From the NCBI GenBank assembly GCA_951406725.2, contig OX597838.1, forward strand, positions 12,152,001 to 12,216,000: DNA of 64,000 nt, given 5' to 3'. Within the stretch, counting starts at the first letter, position 1, and the number at the start of each line of letters is the position of its first letter. The translations under genes and the position numbers were made by a program. The notes below the pieces were generated by a model that saw only the letters and a program-made list of their open reading frames with translations, had not been told where the DNA came from and searched no databases. Positions 47,170-60,920 of the stretch are shown in pieces. This DNA is from Octopus vulgaris. Taxonomy: Eukaryota.

Positions 47170-47335
47170 CATGACTTAGCAGTTCTGCAAAAGAGACCGA
47201 CTGAAAAAGAGCCAGATATTAAAGAAAAATGAATCATGATAATTTCTTGGTCGATGTGTTTGACAAAATCAAAAAACGTCGAGGCAGTTCGCCAACATGG
47301 CCGAAGTCAAATGACTGAAACAAGCAAAAGCTGAC
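47170..47335 (+). mobile_element. SINE family C tail
   Basis: GCAAAAGAGACCGA...CATGGCCGAAGTCAAATGACTGAAACAAG. Confidence 0.7.
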
Positions 47336-47381
47336 AATTATAAAACTCGACGAAAAGGAGAGTTACAAAATGTGTCTGCAC

Positions 47382-47446
47382 GTGTGTGTGTGTATGTGTA
47401 TGTGTGTGTGTGTGTGTATGTGTGTTTGTGTGTGTGTGTGTGTGTA

Positions 47447-47500
<54 letters not shown>

Positions 47501-47585
47501 TGCATGTATGTGTGCATGTTTGTGTGTGTGTGTGTCTGCATGTGTGTGTGCGTATTTGTGTGTGTGTGTGTGTGTGTGTGTCTGC

Positions 47586-47616
<31 letters not shown>

Positions 47617-47621
47617 TGTAT

Positions 47622-47653
<32 letters not shown>

Positions 47654-47670
47654 CTGCGTGTGTGTGTGCG

Positions 47671-47701
<31 letters not shown>

Positions 47702-47820
47702 CTGCATGTATGTGTGCATGTTTGTGTGTGTGTGTGTCTGCATGTGTGTGTGCGTATTTGTGTGTGTGTGTGTGTGTGTGTGTGTCTGCATGTGTGTGTG
47801 TGTGTGTGTATGTTTGTGTG
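47382..47820. repeat. (GT)n microsatellite with higher-order duplication
   Basis: Variant block TCTGCATGTATGTGTGCATGTTTG...GCGTATTTG at about 47499 and 47701. Confidence 0.95.
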
Positions 47821-47982
47821 TTGGATTTCTTTAACTCGGCCAAGATGGCTGCCGATATATTTATTTCTTCATTTCTTTGTCTATTTATTTATTTCTTAAT
47901 TTCCTATAAAAATATATACTTAAGCGTTGTTTGTAAATATTTTCATATATTTGTCACTAAAAGTTGTTGTTGCTGCTGCTGC

Positions 47983-48016
<34 letters not shown>

Positions 48017-48336
48017 GCATTCGTCGTTTTTTTTTTCCCACCGTTTTAACAGGCTGACGCAAACGCTGTTGCAGCAGTTGTTGTCGATGTCAGTATTTCG
48101 CTCTTGTCGTTCAAGTAAGCGTTTTGCTTTGTTTCTCGACGTCGCTGCTCTTTCGTAACTTAAATCTCTCACGTAACCGTGCAATGCTTCGATGTTTAAA
48201 TACGAACAAATGCATTCTTCGTCAGACAACTTGTCAACTGAATTTTTACATACCAAGCGCGCTCGCGCACGTCCCCATGCTCAGTAGCATACGTGCACAT
48301 ATACGTCCATACACGCACACACACATTCAACGCACA

Positions 48337-48440
<104 letters not shown>

Positions 48441-48541
48441 CATACATACATACACACAGACATATATATATATACAGTCAGACACAAAAGTAAGACACAC
48501 ACTTCACCCTAATGTGTGTGTACACATACATACATATATAC

Positions 48542-48575
<34 letters not shown>

Positions 48576-48759
48576 ATACGTAAATGTATATACATATACA
48601 TTCATGTATATAGATGACTGTGTATGTGTGTATGCGTGTGTGTGACTGTGTGTGTGCCTGTGTGTGTGTGAGATGAAAGTACACGTCCAGCTATTACCAT
48701 ACTTGAATACATATATGAATAATTAATATAGACACACATACAAAGATACGTAGTTACAT

Positions 48760-48794
<35 letters not shown>

Positions 48795-49347
48795 CACATA
48801 CATACACATGCATACACATATAGAGGCATACATACATACAAATATATATATGAAGATGCATCGAAAAGTACATGCGCGCCGCGTAAGTTTATATTTGAAT
48901 AAGGGTGGGCTAAATATGTGTGACTAGATGTAGTTGCTTGTATTAGTGTAAGTGTAAGTGTGTGTGGGTGGGTGTGTGTTGGGAGAAATTTAATTGATTA
49001 CTAAAGACGGAAGGATGCCAAAATGATTGATTAATGGAATCTGGTGTTTAGTTTTTTTTGGGGGGAGGGGAGAAGAACAATGGGAGAGAAAGAAGGAAAG
49101 AGAGAAAAGTTGTTAATAGGAAAAGAGGAGGGCAAAAGAAAGAAAGAAAGGAAGAAAGAATAATATAAGGGTGAAAGAAATAATTGGAGTATAGGCGTGG
49201 AGGAAGGAGATGACAGAAGAAATTCAAAAGGGAAAGCCAAAGATGGAACGGTAAAAGGGAATACAAGAGGAGAACGATGGCGAAAAGGGGAACACGTTAG
49301 AGACGAGACTGAGTGAAAGAGAGAGAGAGAGAGAAAGAGAGAGAAAC

Positions 49348-49389
<42 letters not shown>

Positions 49390-49391
49390 TT

Positions 49392-49439
<48 letters not shown>

Positions 49440-49504
49440 CAGCAGCAGCAGTAGTAGTAGTGGTGGTGGTGGTGGTGGTGGTGGTGGTGGTGGTGGTGGT
49501 AGTG

Positions 49505-49549
<45 letters not shown>

Positions 49550-49601
49550 ATAGTAGTATAGGAGGAGGGGAGGAGGAGAATATATATATATATACATATA
49601 G

Positions 49602-49859
49602 GAGTAAATGAAGAGCTAAGTAGGTTTGGCAAGTCGATATACAAAAAATATTAACTACATTTAATACAAAATATGTACATATGTTTCCATATAAAAAGGT
49701 TCAACTTACACAGAATAAAAATGATATCAGGTATTAAATGGGTCGAATAAGAGCTTCGTGGGACCTTTTTATATGTAAACATTTGTACATTTTTTTATTA
49801 ATGTATTTAATATTTCTTGTATATCGACCTGCCGAACCTGCTTCTCTTTACATTTACTC
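49602..49859. repeat. Fold-back inverted repeat with ~100-bp imperfect arms
   Basis: GAGTAAATG...GGCAAGTCGATATACAA...TATAAAAAGGT versus ACCTTTTTATA...TTGTATATCGACCTGCC...CATTTACTC. Confidence 0.9.
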
Positions 49860-49942
49860 ATCCACCTGTACAAGTTAAAGTCTCTTGAGCACTACGAAGT
49901 GAATTCTATACGGGGAATATCTGTCTCTCATCTATCTATCTA

Positions 49943-49978
<36 letters not shown>

Positions 49979-49981
<3 letters not shown>

Positions 49982-50365
49982 AAATAGGGTAATAATAAAT
50001 TATTATTAATAATGGCCTAGCACAAAAAACGAATTAGTCATTAGACTATATATTATTCATATAGAAATACAATAAGAGGCTTCCAAATAGGAAAGCGTTG
50101 TGCTAGAATACAAAAAAGGGATAAATTTACGAATGGAATGAAAAATAAAAACATTTGCCATCTCCGCTATTTCCCAGACCGACGGTTTCTAACTATTTCC
50201 AGCAAAAAAGCATTTGCTGAAGGCCAGTTTTCTTCAGTGGGACAGCCTTAATAATCCTGACATACAGACTGCTAGATCCACATGTAGATCTAACGGTTTG
50301 TAAATCCCAACTTTTCAAACCTCTGCGCAGACGCAAATCATACCCGGCAACAGAGAGGATGCCGG
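49979..50365 (-). mobile_element. ~385-bp HHR-bearing insert between two (TA)n tracts (Penelope pseudo-LTR or retrozyme-like)
   Basis: Bounded by (TA)n on both sides and contains the HHR at 50172-50242; classification is inference. Confidence 0.65.
50172..50242 (-). ncRNA. Type I hammerhead ribozyme, canonical core, GUC triplet
   Basis: Minus strand TCCCA-CTGAAGA-A-AACT..TTCAGCAAA-TGCTT-TTTGCTGGA..AGTT-A-GAA-ACCG-T-CGGT-C-TGGGA. Confidence 0.82.
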
Positions 50366-50399
<34 letters not shown>

Positions 50400-50980
50400 C
50401 ACACAGCCATCTCAATGGCTGAATTGACATGTTGACACGATATTGTAGTAGAGAGATGACATGCTAGGGCGACAACGGGATCTTTTCGATTACTGTTACA
50501 GATTTGAAAATTTGAAAATTAATTGGAAATTACCAAAGTGGGTATATCGATGTAATTTTTCACGCTGAATTCTAATTCTAAAATTTATTAAAAAATTATA
50601 TGTTTCGACGCCTGCTAAATTTTAGCCAATCAGAAGACAAGGAATCGGAGGCCGTCATTCTCTGCGTGATAGCTGTCTCTTATAAAATGATCCTCGTCAA
50701 AACTTACGGTAGGGGTTGCATTAGTGATAGTGCCACAGTGGCGTGAGAACAACGTCCTTGTTAAAATAGAAACAAGGTGGACAATAGCTTTTCTTGTTAT
50801 TATAGAAACAGACACCAATGTGAGATTTACGGTCATGTGCATAATGGTGGCTTTCGATTGGCTAAAATTACCCAAAATTAGCAAACTTTAAAAGCTATTA
50901 ACCTCCTATAAGGCAAAAATGCATTTTGTCTTCATTTTTAGCCAACAGAACTAAATCGGTGTAAGCAAATTTGAAAACAA

Positions 50981-51212
50981 TATTTCGGTCATATTATACA
51001 GAGAGAATCCCTTGAGAAAGACATCATGCTCGGAATGGTCAGTGGCAAGAGAGGAAGAGGCCGACCAAGAACCCGCTGGCTTGACACCATCAAGAGTGAT
51101 ACCGGAATGGACATCGTCAGTCTGAAGGAAGCGGCTCAGGATAGAACTGACTGGAGGACACTGATCCAACGAGTGACCGAGAGTCGACTTCGACTGAGCG
51201 GTTAGAGAGAGA
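50981..51212 (+). mobile_element. RTE-BovB-like LINE 3' end, uninterrupted frame 50981-51205
   Basis: YFGHIIQRESLEKDIMLGMVSGKRGRGRPRTRWLDTIKSDTGMDIVSLKEAAQDRTDWRTLIQRVTESRLRLSG*, then a short (GA)n. Confidence 0.9.
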
Positions 51213-52031
51213 TGAACCAAATTTAAAAAACTAGGAAATCTATGACAACAACCGAAAAGATACGGACAACGTGAGAGAGATGTTATAACGAAGGACATTG
51301 ATATAGAGCGAATGCCGAGCAGCTGATAGAGCGGTACGTTATGTAAGTATCGTAGTTTATTTAGAGACCGAAACAATAAAGAACGCATGAGTTTGAAAAT
51401 GAAATAAGAAGACGACAGAGAGAGATAGAGAGACAGACAGACAGAGACACAGAAAGAGAGAGCTTGTGAGAGATATGTTATAACGAAGCAAAGTAGACGA
51501 AACTGGAGAGGATAACAGCAAATGTATGTTTGCAAAAGCAGAAAATAAGCGAAGTTAAGAAAGGATGGAAGATTTGATGCGTAAGACAAAAGTCAGAAGT
51601 GCTTACCATAACGGCATTTTAGTTAAAAGCTGACGGCGGATTAAATAAGATTTAAAAATGCTGTTGTATATTAAGACATTAGAACTCTACTTTCATCTAG
51701 TCAACCGTGAACTGCTTGTATACATATACACCCACTCACATTCAACACGCGCACACGCTCGTACATACATGCATATATACATATAAAAATGCATTCATAT
51801 ATGCTCACACACATACATACATACATGCATACATACATACATACATACATACACGCTAAAACTTTTATAACACACAAGAAAACCTGGAGATATATACACC
51901 CTCACGATATGACTGTATTTCTGTCGGTGCGTCCATGTGCTGCACGGAACTTCTATACTATGGTGAATATACGCATTGTACGCATGTGTTATGTATGGAT
52001 ATATGTATGACTGTGTGTGTCTGTATATGTG

Positions 52032-52080
<49 letters not shown>

Positions 52081-52083
<3 letters not shown>

Positions 52084-52240
52084 AACAGAGTCAGACAGAC
52101 GGACAGATAGAGAGATACACACATATATATCGAGTCACATCTGTAGGTTTACAGCAGATAAACATCATATAATGCATGTATATATGACTAAACATATACA
52201 TATATGTGTATGTATATATACATACGTATCCACATATATA

Positions 52241-52287
<47 letters not shown>

Positions 52288-52445
52288 AACAGAGTCAGAC
52301 AGACGGACAGATAGAGAGATACACACATATATATCGAGTCACATCTGTAGGTTTACAGCAGATAAACATCATATAATGCATATATATATGACTAAACATA
52401 TACATATATGTGTATGTATATATACATACGTATCCACATATATAT
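52081..52445. repeat. Near-perfect tandem duplication (~204-bp period) bounded by (TA)n
   Basis: ACAAACAGAGTCAGACAGACGGAC...CGTATCCACATA at 52081 and 52285. Confidence 0.95.
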
Positions 52446-52448
52446 GTA

Positions 52449-52506
<58 letters not shown>

Positions 52507-52853
52507 TGTATGTATGTATACATAAACTCGCATATACACAGGTATACATATACACATGTATACATATATATACGTATATATAAGTACGTATTTATACATA
52601 CATGCAAATATATATGTGTATGTATATAAGCATATACGGATGTATACATGCACACGCATACATACGTGTACATTTCGTTCTCTTTTTGTCCGTCGTGTTT
52701 ACCATTGCTATTGGTGTTGTGTTATTCTCTTTGTTATTTTGTTGGCCTTATTGAAATGTAATCGTTCTTTGTTTTATATATTTGTTTTATATATATATGC
52801 ATATGCATATATATATATATATATATATATACATACATATATATACACATACC

Positions 52854-52893
<40 letters not shown>

Positions 52894-52905
52894 TACATAC
52901 ATATA

Positions 52906-52936
<31 letters not shown>

Positions 52937-52973
52937 TATGAATATATGTATATATGTGTATATATGTGTATGT

Positions 52974-53056
<83 letters not shown>

Positions 53057-53080
53057 TATATATATAAAACAAAGACCGAT

Positions 53081-53116
<36 letters not shown>

Positions 53117-53843
53117 TAATTATCTTGATATGCATACCTATATATATATATATATATATGTACACTCTATCATATATATATATATATATATAACATATAT
53201 GTATATATATACGGATGTATATGTATATTCATTATGTAACGTATTTCTTTTGTTTTGTCTTCCTCTTGTTTTATCTCAGAAGCGAACACTAATTCTTGCA
53301 CACCACTACACATTGCATACTGCACATTACACACTGCCCATTGCACATTGCACACTGCACATTGCATACATGACTAAAATAATTAAGAGTTTTAATTTAA
53401 TCATTGAATTAGGTCTGTTAAAATATCAGATACTTTTGATATTTGTTGTTCGTTGTATTTCGTTTCGTTTCGTTTATGTTCTTATTCTGCTTTTTTGCTG
53501 GGTTTTTTTTATTATTTTCGTTTCAGATCTAGTTTTATATTTCTTCTGGTTTACCTTGTGGAACGTCTCGTCTTACTGCAAGCGTTTCTTATAACTGCAG
53601 CAGCTGGTCTAATTATCCAACTGTCATGAGTTCGAATTTTCATATTTCAGCGGGAGGAGAGAGAAAGAGAACTCTTTTTTTACCCTCCGCCTCTCTCTCT
53701 CTCTCTGTCCCTCCCTAATACTCTCCTCCATTTATCCTATCCCCCCAAGACTCTCTTTGTCTCTCTTCACACTATCACGTGCCCCATGGCTATCTATGCC
53801 TTTGTAATTCTTTTTCCTTTGGCCACCGACTTGATCGGTCACG

Positions 53844-53902
<59 letters not shown>

Positions 53903-54052
53903 CAGCAAAAAACATTTATGGAAAACCTATATGTGATTTATGATGAATACTTGACATTATATTTGCTGTAATATTTTCAGCTTGAAATTAAATGTTTTTA
54001 GTATGAAACAATTGTATAATCTACCGATCCATTCTTGTTGCTTTTTTCTTGG

Positions 54053-54151
<99 letters not shown>

Positions 54152-54222
54152 TTAGGGAGTATATCCAAACTTACAGGGAATAATTAGATTTAGGATTAAA
54201 TCATATTTCACAGTATATATAA

Positions 54223-54417
54223 ATTAAATTAGAGGTAAAACCACTATTAGGCAAATCAAACAGTGATAGACATAAACCAAAACATAAAATTGTAAATTTT
54301 ATATTTTATATATATATTATATATTATATTAATTATATTTATATTTTTTGTCATTTACGTATTGGTTTATGTCTATCACTGTTTGAGTTGCCTAATAGTG
54401 GTTTTTCTCTATTTAAT
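54223..54417. repeat. Fold-back inverted repeat with ~65-bp arms and an AT-rich loop
   Basis: AAAACCACTATTAGGCAAATCAAACAGTGATAGACATAAACCAA versus TTGGTTTATGTCTATCACTGTTTGAGTTGCCTAATAGTGGTTTT. Confidence 0.93.
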
Positions 54418-54445
54418 ATATATATATATATATATATAATTAAAT

Positions 54446-54996
54446 GGAACAAAAACGCAATAGAGGACAATAAAACACTCGGACAGATAGACGATACAAG
54501 GGCAGACAGAAGAAACAACAATTAGAAGGACAGGGAAAAAAAGACGAGTCATTCGTGGCCTTCTTTCCTCAGTCAAGTTACCAGAACTCCTTACTGTTTC
54601 GGGCAGTTACACTTGAGACAGTTCGATCTTGTTGCCCCCACCCCCAAAAAAAGCGTAAGCTAAGAGCATTAGATTTTTTTCAAGAAAGCTAGCGAATGTA
54701 TACGACAACAAAAACAAAAATGGAGAACATGGTACACAATTACAAATACAAGCAATAAGAAAATGACAACAGGTGTCTTTCGACTGAGAACGAATCAAAT
54801 TGAGGTGGCGTGTATGAAATGAAAACCTAAAGGTAGGATAAAGGAGTTGGACATGAGAGGTGTTGGCAGTCGGCAGTCAGGCCAAGAAAGAAAGATCATA
54901 GCTGGCCGGACGCCGGTCACGGGGATGGAGGAGAGAGGGGTAGGTGGCAGCGGGATCGAAGGATTAGAAAAAATCAGAGATAAAGGGAAAGGTACA
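54446..54996. mobile_element. Family E element, copy 2
   Basis: Co-linear with 20084-20640; starts at a (TA)n tract and ends at a SINE C. Confidence 0.8.
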
Positions 54997-55326
54997 GGAC
55001 TTATTCTTTGGAAGCCTAGTACTAAATCTCTCGGTCTCTTTTGCCGAACCGCTAATTTAAGGGAACATAAACACACCACAATCTGTTGTCAAGTGATGTG
55101 GGGGGAGGACAAACACAGACACACAAACATATACACACACATACATATATATATACATATATACGACGGGCTTCTTTCAGTTTCCGTCTACCAAATCCAC
55201 TCACAAAGATTTGGTCGGCCCGAGGCTATAGTAGAAGACACTTGCCCAAGGTGCCACGCAGTGGGGCTGAACCCGGAACCATGTGGTTGGTAAGCAAGCT
55301 ACTTACCACACAGCCACTCCTGCACC
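54997..55326 (-). mobile_element. SINE family C, near full-length
   Basis: Reverse complement of 60921-61255. Confidence 0.9.
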
Positions 55327-56012
55327 TATACCGTCAAATATTTTCATGAAACAATACATATTCAAATACGGAATATTGGTTACAAAGTCCGACAATTTAT
55401 TGTATTTCTAAGTGTATAACATAAAACATTTTTATCAAACAAATCACAGACACAGTACAATTCGTTGTGTTTCTAAATATATGTCACTACGCGTGCGCGT
55501 CAAACGACTCAGTCAAATCCAGCTCATTACGTATAAAATCAAATAATTCATTGCATTTCTAAGTGTGTCTCTTCAGACATTTTCCTCTAACAACTCACAA
55601 TCAAATACAACACAAATATCCATAAACTCAGACAATTTCAAGCAATTTTCAAATAGATTGTACTAATTTTAATGCATTTACAATTTCATCATATATTTTT
55701 ATCAAATGCCGTATATATAACTCGATTATTACATGACATTTTTTTTTATCGTTTTACTTTCATGAAAATATCATACATCAAACATGGTGAATTTTCTCTA
55801 ACTTGCCACCATATTTTATTAACCATCATCATCACATCAGAGTACGAATTTCATAAATCAATGCAATATTTAACACACACACACACACACACACACATTC
55901 ACAGCTCCGTATATGTATATGAATATATATATATATATGTAGAAATATGTATGTACATATATATGTGTGTATGTGTGTGTATTTCTATCTATCTATCAAT
56001 CTCTCTCAATAC

Positions 56013-56120
<108 letters not shown>

Positions 56121-56440
56121 AAAGACGTAAGATCAGGCAGAAAATCTTACATCAAAAATAATCTGTTTGTTTGTTAATCTTACATCAGAAAGAAACAATA
56201 AACTTCAATTCCCTTTATTCTTTTTCTCGTTTAAGCTTTCTGTTGTTTTTTTACGAAACTTTTTTTATCTAAATAGAAACAACATCGACAACAAACAAAC
56301 GAACGACTAATTTGTATTTGAACATGTCAACTTTATTCTTAACACATGCAACACAACTGCCTTCGACAAAAAGAAATAAGAAAGCTCTATAAAAAAAATT
56401 TCGTTTTAAAACAAGTCACAGAAATACCCATGCCGACCGT

Positions 56441-56488
<48 letters not shown>

Positions 56489-56846
56489 CATATATACATA
56501 CATATATAGATATATACATATATGCATATATACATATATATATACACATATATATATACATATATATGCATATATATATATATACACATATATATATAGA
56601 TATATACATATATATATATAGACATGATATATATATACACGTATATATATACACACATATATGTGTATGTATATATATATATACATACACACATACATAT
56701 ATACATACATATATAGATATATACATATATGCATATATACATATACCTATATATATATATATACTATATATATATATATAGATATGTATATATATATATA
56801 CACACATATATATGTATATATATATATATACACATATATATGTGTA

Positions 56847-56907
<61 letters not shown>

Positions 56908-57560
56908 TATACATATATAAGTGTTATTCGGCGCCATTTTGCATTTTGCATTTTCGTTTTCATTTTCTTTTTCCTTTAACTGAACTCTTTTCAAACGTGC
57001 CAAACCTCTGCCGACGTGCATATTTATTCGTTCACTTGGATGACCTCAGTTACAAGAATTCTTGCCAAAAATGATCATCGTGATATTTTTTTAGAACCTC
57101 TAATGTGTTTGTTGTGAAGTTTATTGTCTTCTATTATCTTCGGCCATTTTGTTTAAACTCCACTGCCCGCCATTTTACAGGGATTTTTGTCTTTTTCTTG
57201 TTTTTGTCTTGATTCGTTTTTCGTTATTGTTTGTTCTGTATTGTGTAAATTCTAGTCAGACCCTATAAACTTGATTTTGTTTTCCCTGACATTATATATG
57301 CATTATATTTATGTTTTTTTTAAAATATATATGTTACGAATTACATGCGCGCGCACAAATGCACACTATATAGACACATCACAGAAGGGTGTATACACAA
57401 ATAAACGCATAAAGACAAACATGCGCATATGTTAAAGTGTGTAATTATAGATATATATGCATGTGTGTCTGTGTGTTTGGTCAGATAAATAGTTAGCTAG
57501 ATAGATAGATAGACAGACAGACAGATGAATAGATTGTTATACCCCTTGTAAACATTTTTC

Positions 57561-57650
<90 letters not shown>

Positions 57651-58004
57651 CGTGTGTGTGTGTGTGTATTTATATATATCTAACAATCTATTTATCTATC
57701 TATCTATCTATCTATATATATATATATATATAGATATACAGATACATACACACACAAACACAAACATACACACACATGCATACCCTCTCGCAGACATGGG
57801 TAGGAAATAGAAAACGAAAAACGGACAAAAATATATTTTATCGACATAAAAAATAAACCTTTTTTTTTCTTTTCCTCACAAAATATTTTCAAAAAAAAAA
57901 AATCATATTTTTTTCTCCGGATTTCCTCGGTACAATACGTAAGAATTGAAATAAAAGATAAATTATTTTTTCTTTTGTTGTCTTCGCTGTTGTCGTCGTC
58001 GTCG

Positions 58005-58069
<65 letters not shown>

Positions 58070-58342
58070 GCTGTGGTTGCTGTTGTTGTGGTTGCTGTTG
58101 TTATTGTTGCCGTCGTTTGAAATCTCTAACAGATCAGAAAACTTAAGATTACGTTTGTTTGGAGGGTTTAGAGAGAGAGAGAGTGAGAGAGAGAGACAGA
58201 GAGACAGACAGACAGCCAGAGGGGAGAATGGGTGTGTGTGAGGGAATGAAAAAGAGAGTGATGCCAGTTTGTGAGTATATGTGTTGGCGTGTCTGTGTGT
58301 ATGAGTGGGTCTGTATGTGTGCCTGTATGCATATGTATAGAA

Positions 58343-58411
<69 letters not shown>

Positions 58412-58448
58412 CAGATAGATAGATAGGTATATATATATACACACAGAC

Positions 58449-58580
<132 letters not shown>

Positions 58581-59049
58581 GTACGCACACACACACGTGA
58601 ATGTTTACATATGCATTTGTGAATCTACATATGTGCTGTTGTGTGTGCCTGTGTAGGTGTTTGTGTGTGTATAAATGCATTTGTAATTGTACATGTGCAT
58701 GTGTGTGTGTGCGCGTGTGTGTGTGTGTGTGTGAGGCAAGAAATTTGGACAGGATGCTAGAATGGGTGGCTTGGTTGGAATTGGGGTGGATTGATAGGGA
58801 TGCAAGGGTGGGAGGGGATGACATGGAGAGAGGAGTAGCGTGGTGCACGAGGAGGCTGCAGAAGCCGAGTTTACGCAGAGGAAGGAAGAAAGTGCGAAAA
58901 AAACTGAAGCAGAAAGTAGACGCAGATCAATACGCAGCGATGGTGGCCTCAGAAGAGCGCAATCATCGTCTGTCGTAAGCGGCGGCGAGATCTTCCATGT
59001 CGATGACGACGGTGATAGTGGTGCTGGAGTTGGTGGTGGTGAGTGTGCG

Positions 59050-59373
59050 GATGATTGATGATGATGATGATGATGATGATGAGAAGGAGGAGGAGGAGGA
59101 GGAAGATGATGATGAGGATTATGATGAGGAGGAGGAGGAAGATGATGTTGGTGGTATAAGACATTTCATTATGTTGAGAGTGATGGTAATGATGATGATG
59201 CCGATGATGATGATGATGAGGAGGAGGAGGAGGAGGAAGATGATGTTGATGTTGATGATGATGATGATTATGATGATGAGGAGGAGGAAGATGATGTTGG
59301 TGGCATAAAACATTTCATTATGTTGAGAGTGATGGTAATGATGATGATGCCGATGATGATGATAATGATGATG

Positions 59374-59439
<66 letters not shown>

Positions 59440-59460
59440 GTGATGGTGATGATAATGATC
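59050..59460. repeat. (GAT)/(GAG)n region with an internal ~150-bp tandem duplication
   Basis: GATGTTGGTGG..TAA.ACATTTCATTATGTTGAGAGTGATGGTAATG occurs twice. Confidence 0.93.
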
Positions 59461-59479
59461 GCGGCGATACAGTTGAAAT

Positions 59480-59665
59480 TTACAGAAAAACAAAAGACGA
59501 AAACAGGTGTATAAACAACCAGTAGGTGTATTAGTTTAACGCTCGGGAAGGTGAGAAAGTCTTTTACGTTTCACGCCTACGCCCTTCAACAGAAAGGAAC
59601 ACAAGGAAATAAATAGAGAAAGAATAAAAACAAAAACTTGTGGATTTAGCGGTCAATCATGGCAT
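59480..59665 (-). mobile_element. Diverged family D element with hammerhead variant at 59560-59597
   Basis: Minus strand CTTT-CTGTTGA-A-GGGC-GTAG-GCGT-GAA-ACGT-A-AAAG. Confidence 0.7.
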
Positions 59666-60149
59666 ATATATGACAACAGGCCGCATTAAGTCTTATGAAT
59701 GTGATAAAAATAAATACAAATGTAGCTGTATCATCTTAATATCCATTATTTTCCTATGCCACTATAAATTGTAATAGGCTTTGGTATACATCTTTTCCCC
59801 TGAATTCATTCTGCCACAAAAATAGCAAATTGAAACAATGTAATTATTTTAGTCTCTTGTACTGGTGAAATTTTGCTAAAATAACAACGGTTTATCCTTT
59901 ATGTTGGGAATCCATATAGTCTTCTGCGTCCGAGGAGAGCAGTTTATTTCAAATTCATGTAATGCTTTCATTGATCGATGAAATAGAGCCGCTTGAAACA
60001 GCCGTAATGCACTGATACCTGGACTTACTTGTCTCTTATTTGCTTTTTATTCACCTAACTTCGAGCTGCGCGGACTATACCGAACTGGCTTGGTGCTTCA
60101 ATTTAAGTACCTAATTCAAGTGAATCTTAATTATATATATATATATATA

Positions 60150-60539
60150 CTAGCAGTATTGCCCGGCGCTGCTCGGGTTTGTTTCGACCCTTTAGAATTG
60201 GAATTTTTGAAAAGTAAAAACTTCGCATTATGTAGCTTGTTATTCTCTTTAAGTGAACATTTTTCTGGTTGAAATACACCGAAAAATGACGACACAGCAG
60301 TCAAAAAATCGTAAAAAATAGGGATTTTCATAGAAAAAGAGCACCTTTTTGATGTAAATATTTATCGGTGTTAACATGGTCCGATTTGAATGTTTTCTCC
60401 TACGGAATGAAGAGCAAGTTTTCTTCTATCATACTCTCAATTTTGGTCAACTTGCGCTGCAGGGTCTCGGAGGAGATAGTGTTAGTTGAAGGCTACCAAA
60501 CCTGCCACACAGTGACAACTTCAGCTTTATATATATAGA
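60150..60539 (-). mobile_element. Complete non-autonomous Helitron (390 bp)
   Basis: Minus strand starts TCTATATATATAAAG and ends with hairpin CCCGAGCAGCGCCGGG, 8 nt, then CTAG; inserted between A and T within (TA)n. Confidence 0.88.
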
Positions 60540-60920
60540 TATATATATATAATCGACAGACATCAGTTGGTAAACATTCCAGTATATCTATTTATTCCAA
60601 TGTATTGGATGAATACATACACATGTATTAGCGGTACAGATTATCGAATAGAAAAAGAGTTGGTAATTGCAAAAACAAGGGTGTGGAAGCATATAATCAT
60701 ATAGGAACACGTGATTGAGTAAATGAGCAAATGAGTAAAAGAACTGATTGTCAGTAAAGCCGAATGGGTGTGTAGGTGCTACTAGCACTTCTGTTTGTTG
60801 TTTACACACCCGTCTTCGTCTTTTGTTTTGTTTATTATTATTTTTTTATTTTTGTGAATTCCAACTAAATATATATATATATATTTATTTTCATAAAGCT
60901 TCCCGTTATATATATATATA

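Noticed and set aside
50400-50940. Possible DNA-transposon relic with inverted TTTAGCCAATC/GATTGGCTAAA
   Set aside because: Termini and TSD could not be defined
58840-59058. Charged, GC-richer ORF ([15 protein letters not shown]...)
   Set aside because: No recognisable homology or convincing splice context; grades into GAT/GAG repeats
59968-60010. TCGATGA...GAA-ACAGCCGT-A
   Set aside because: Core and stem II are too degenerate
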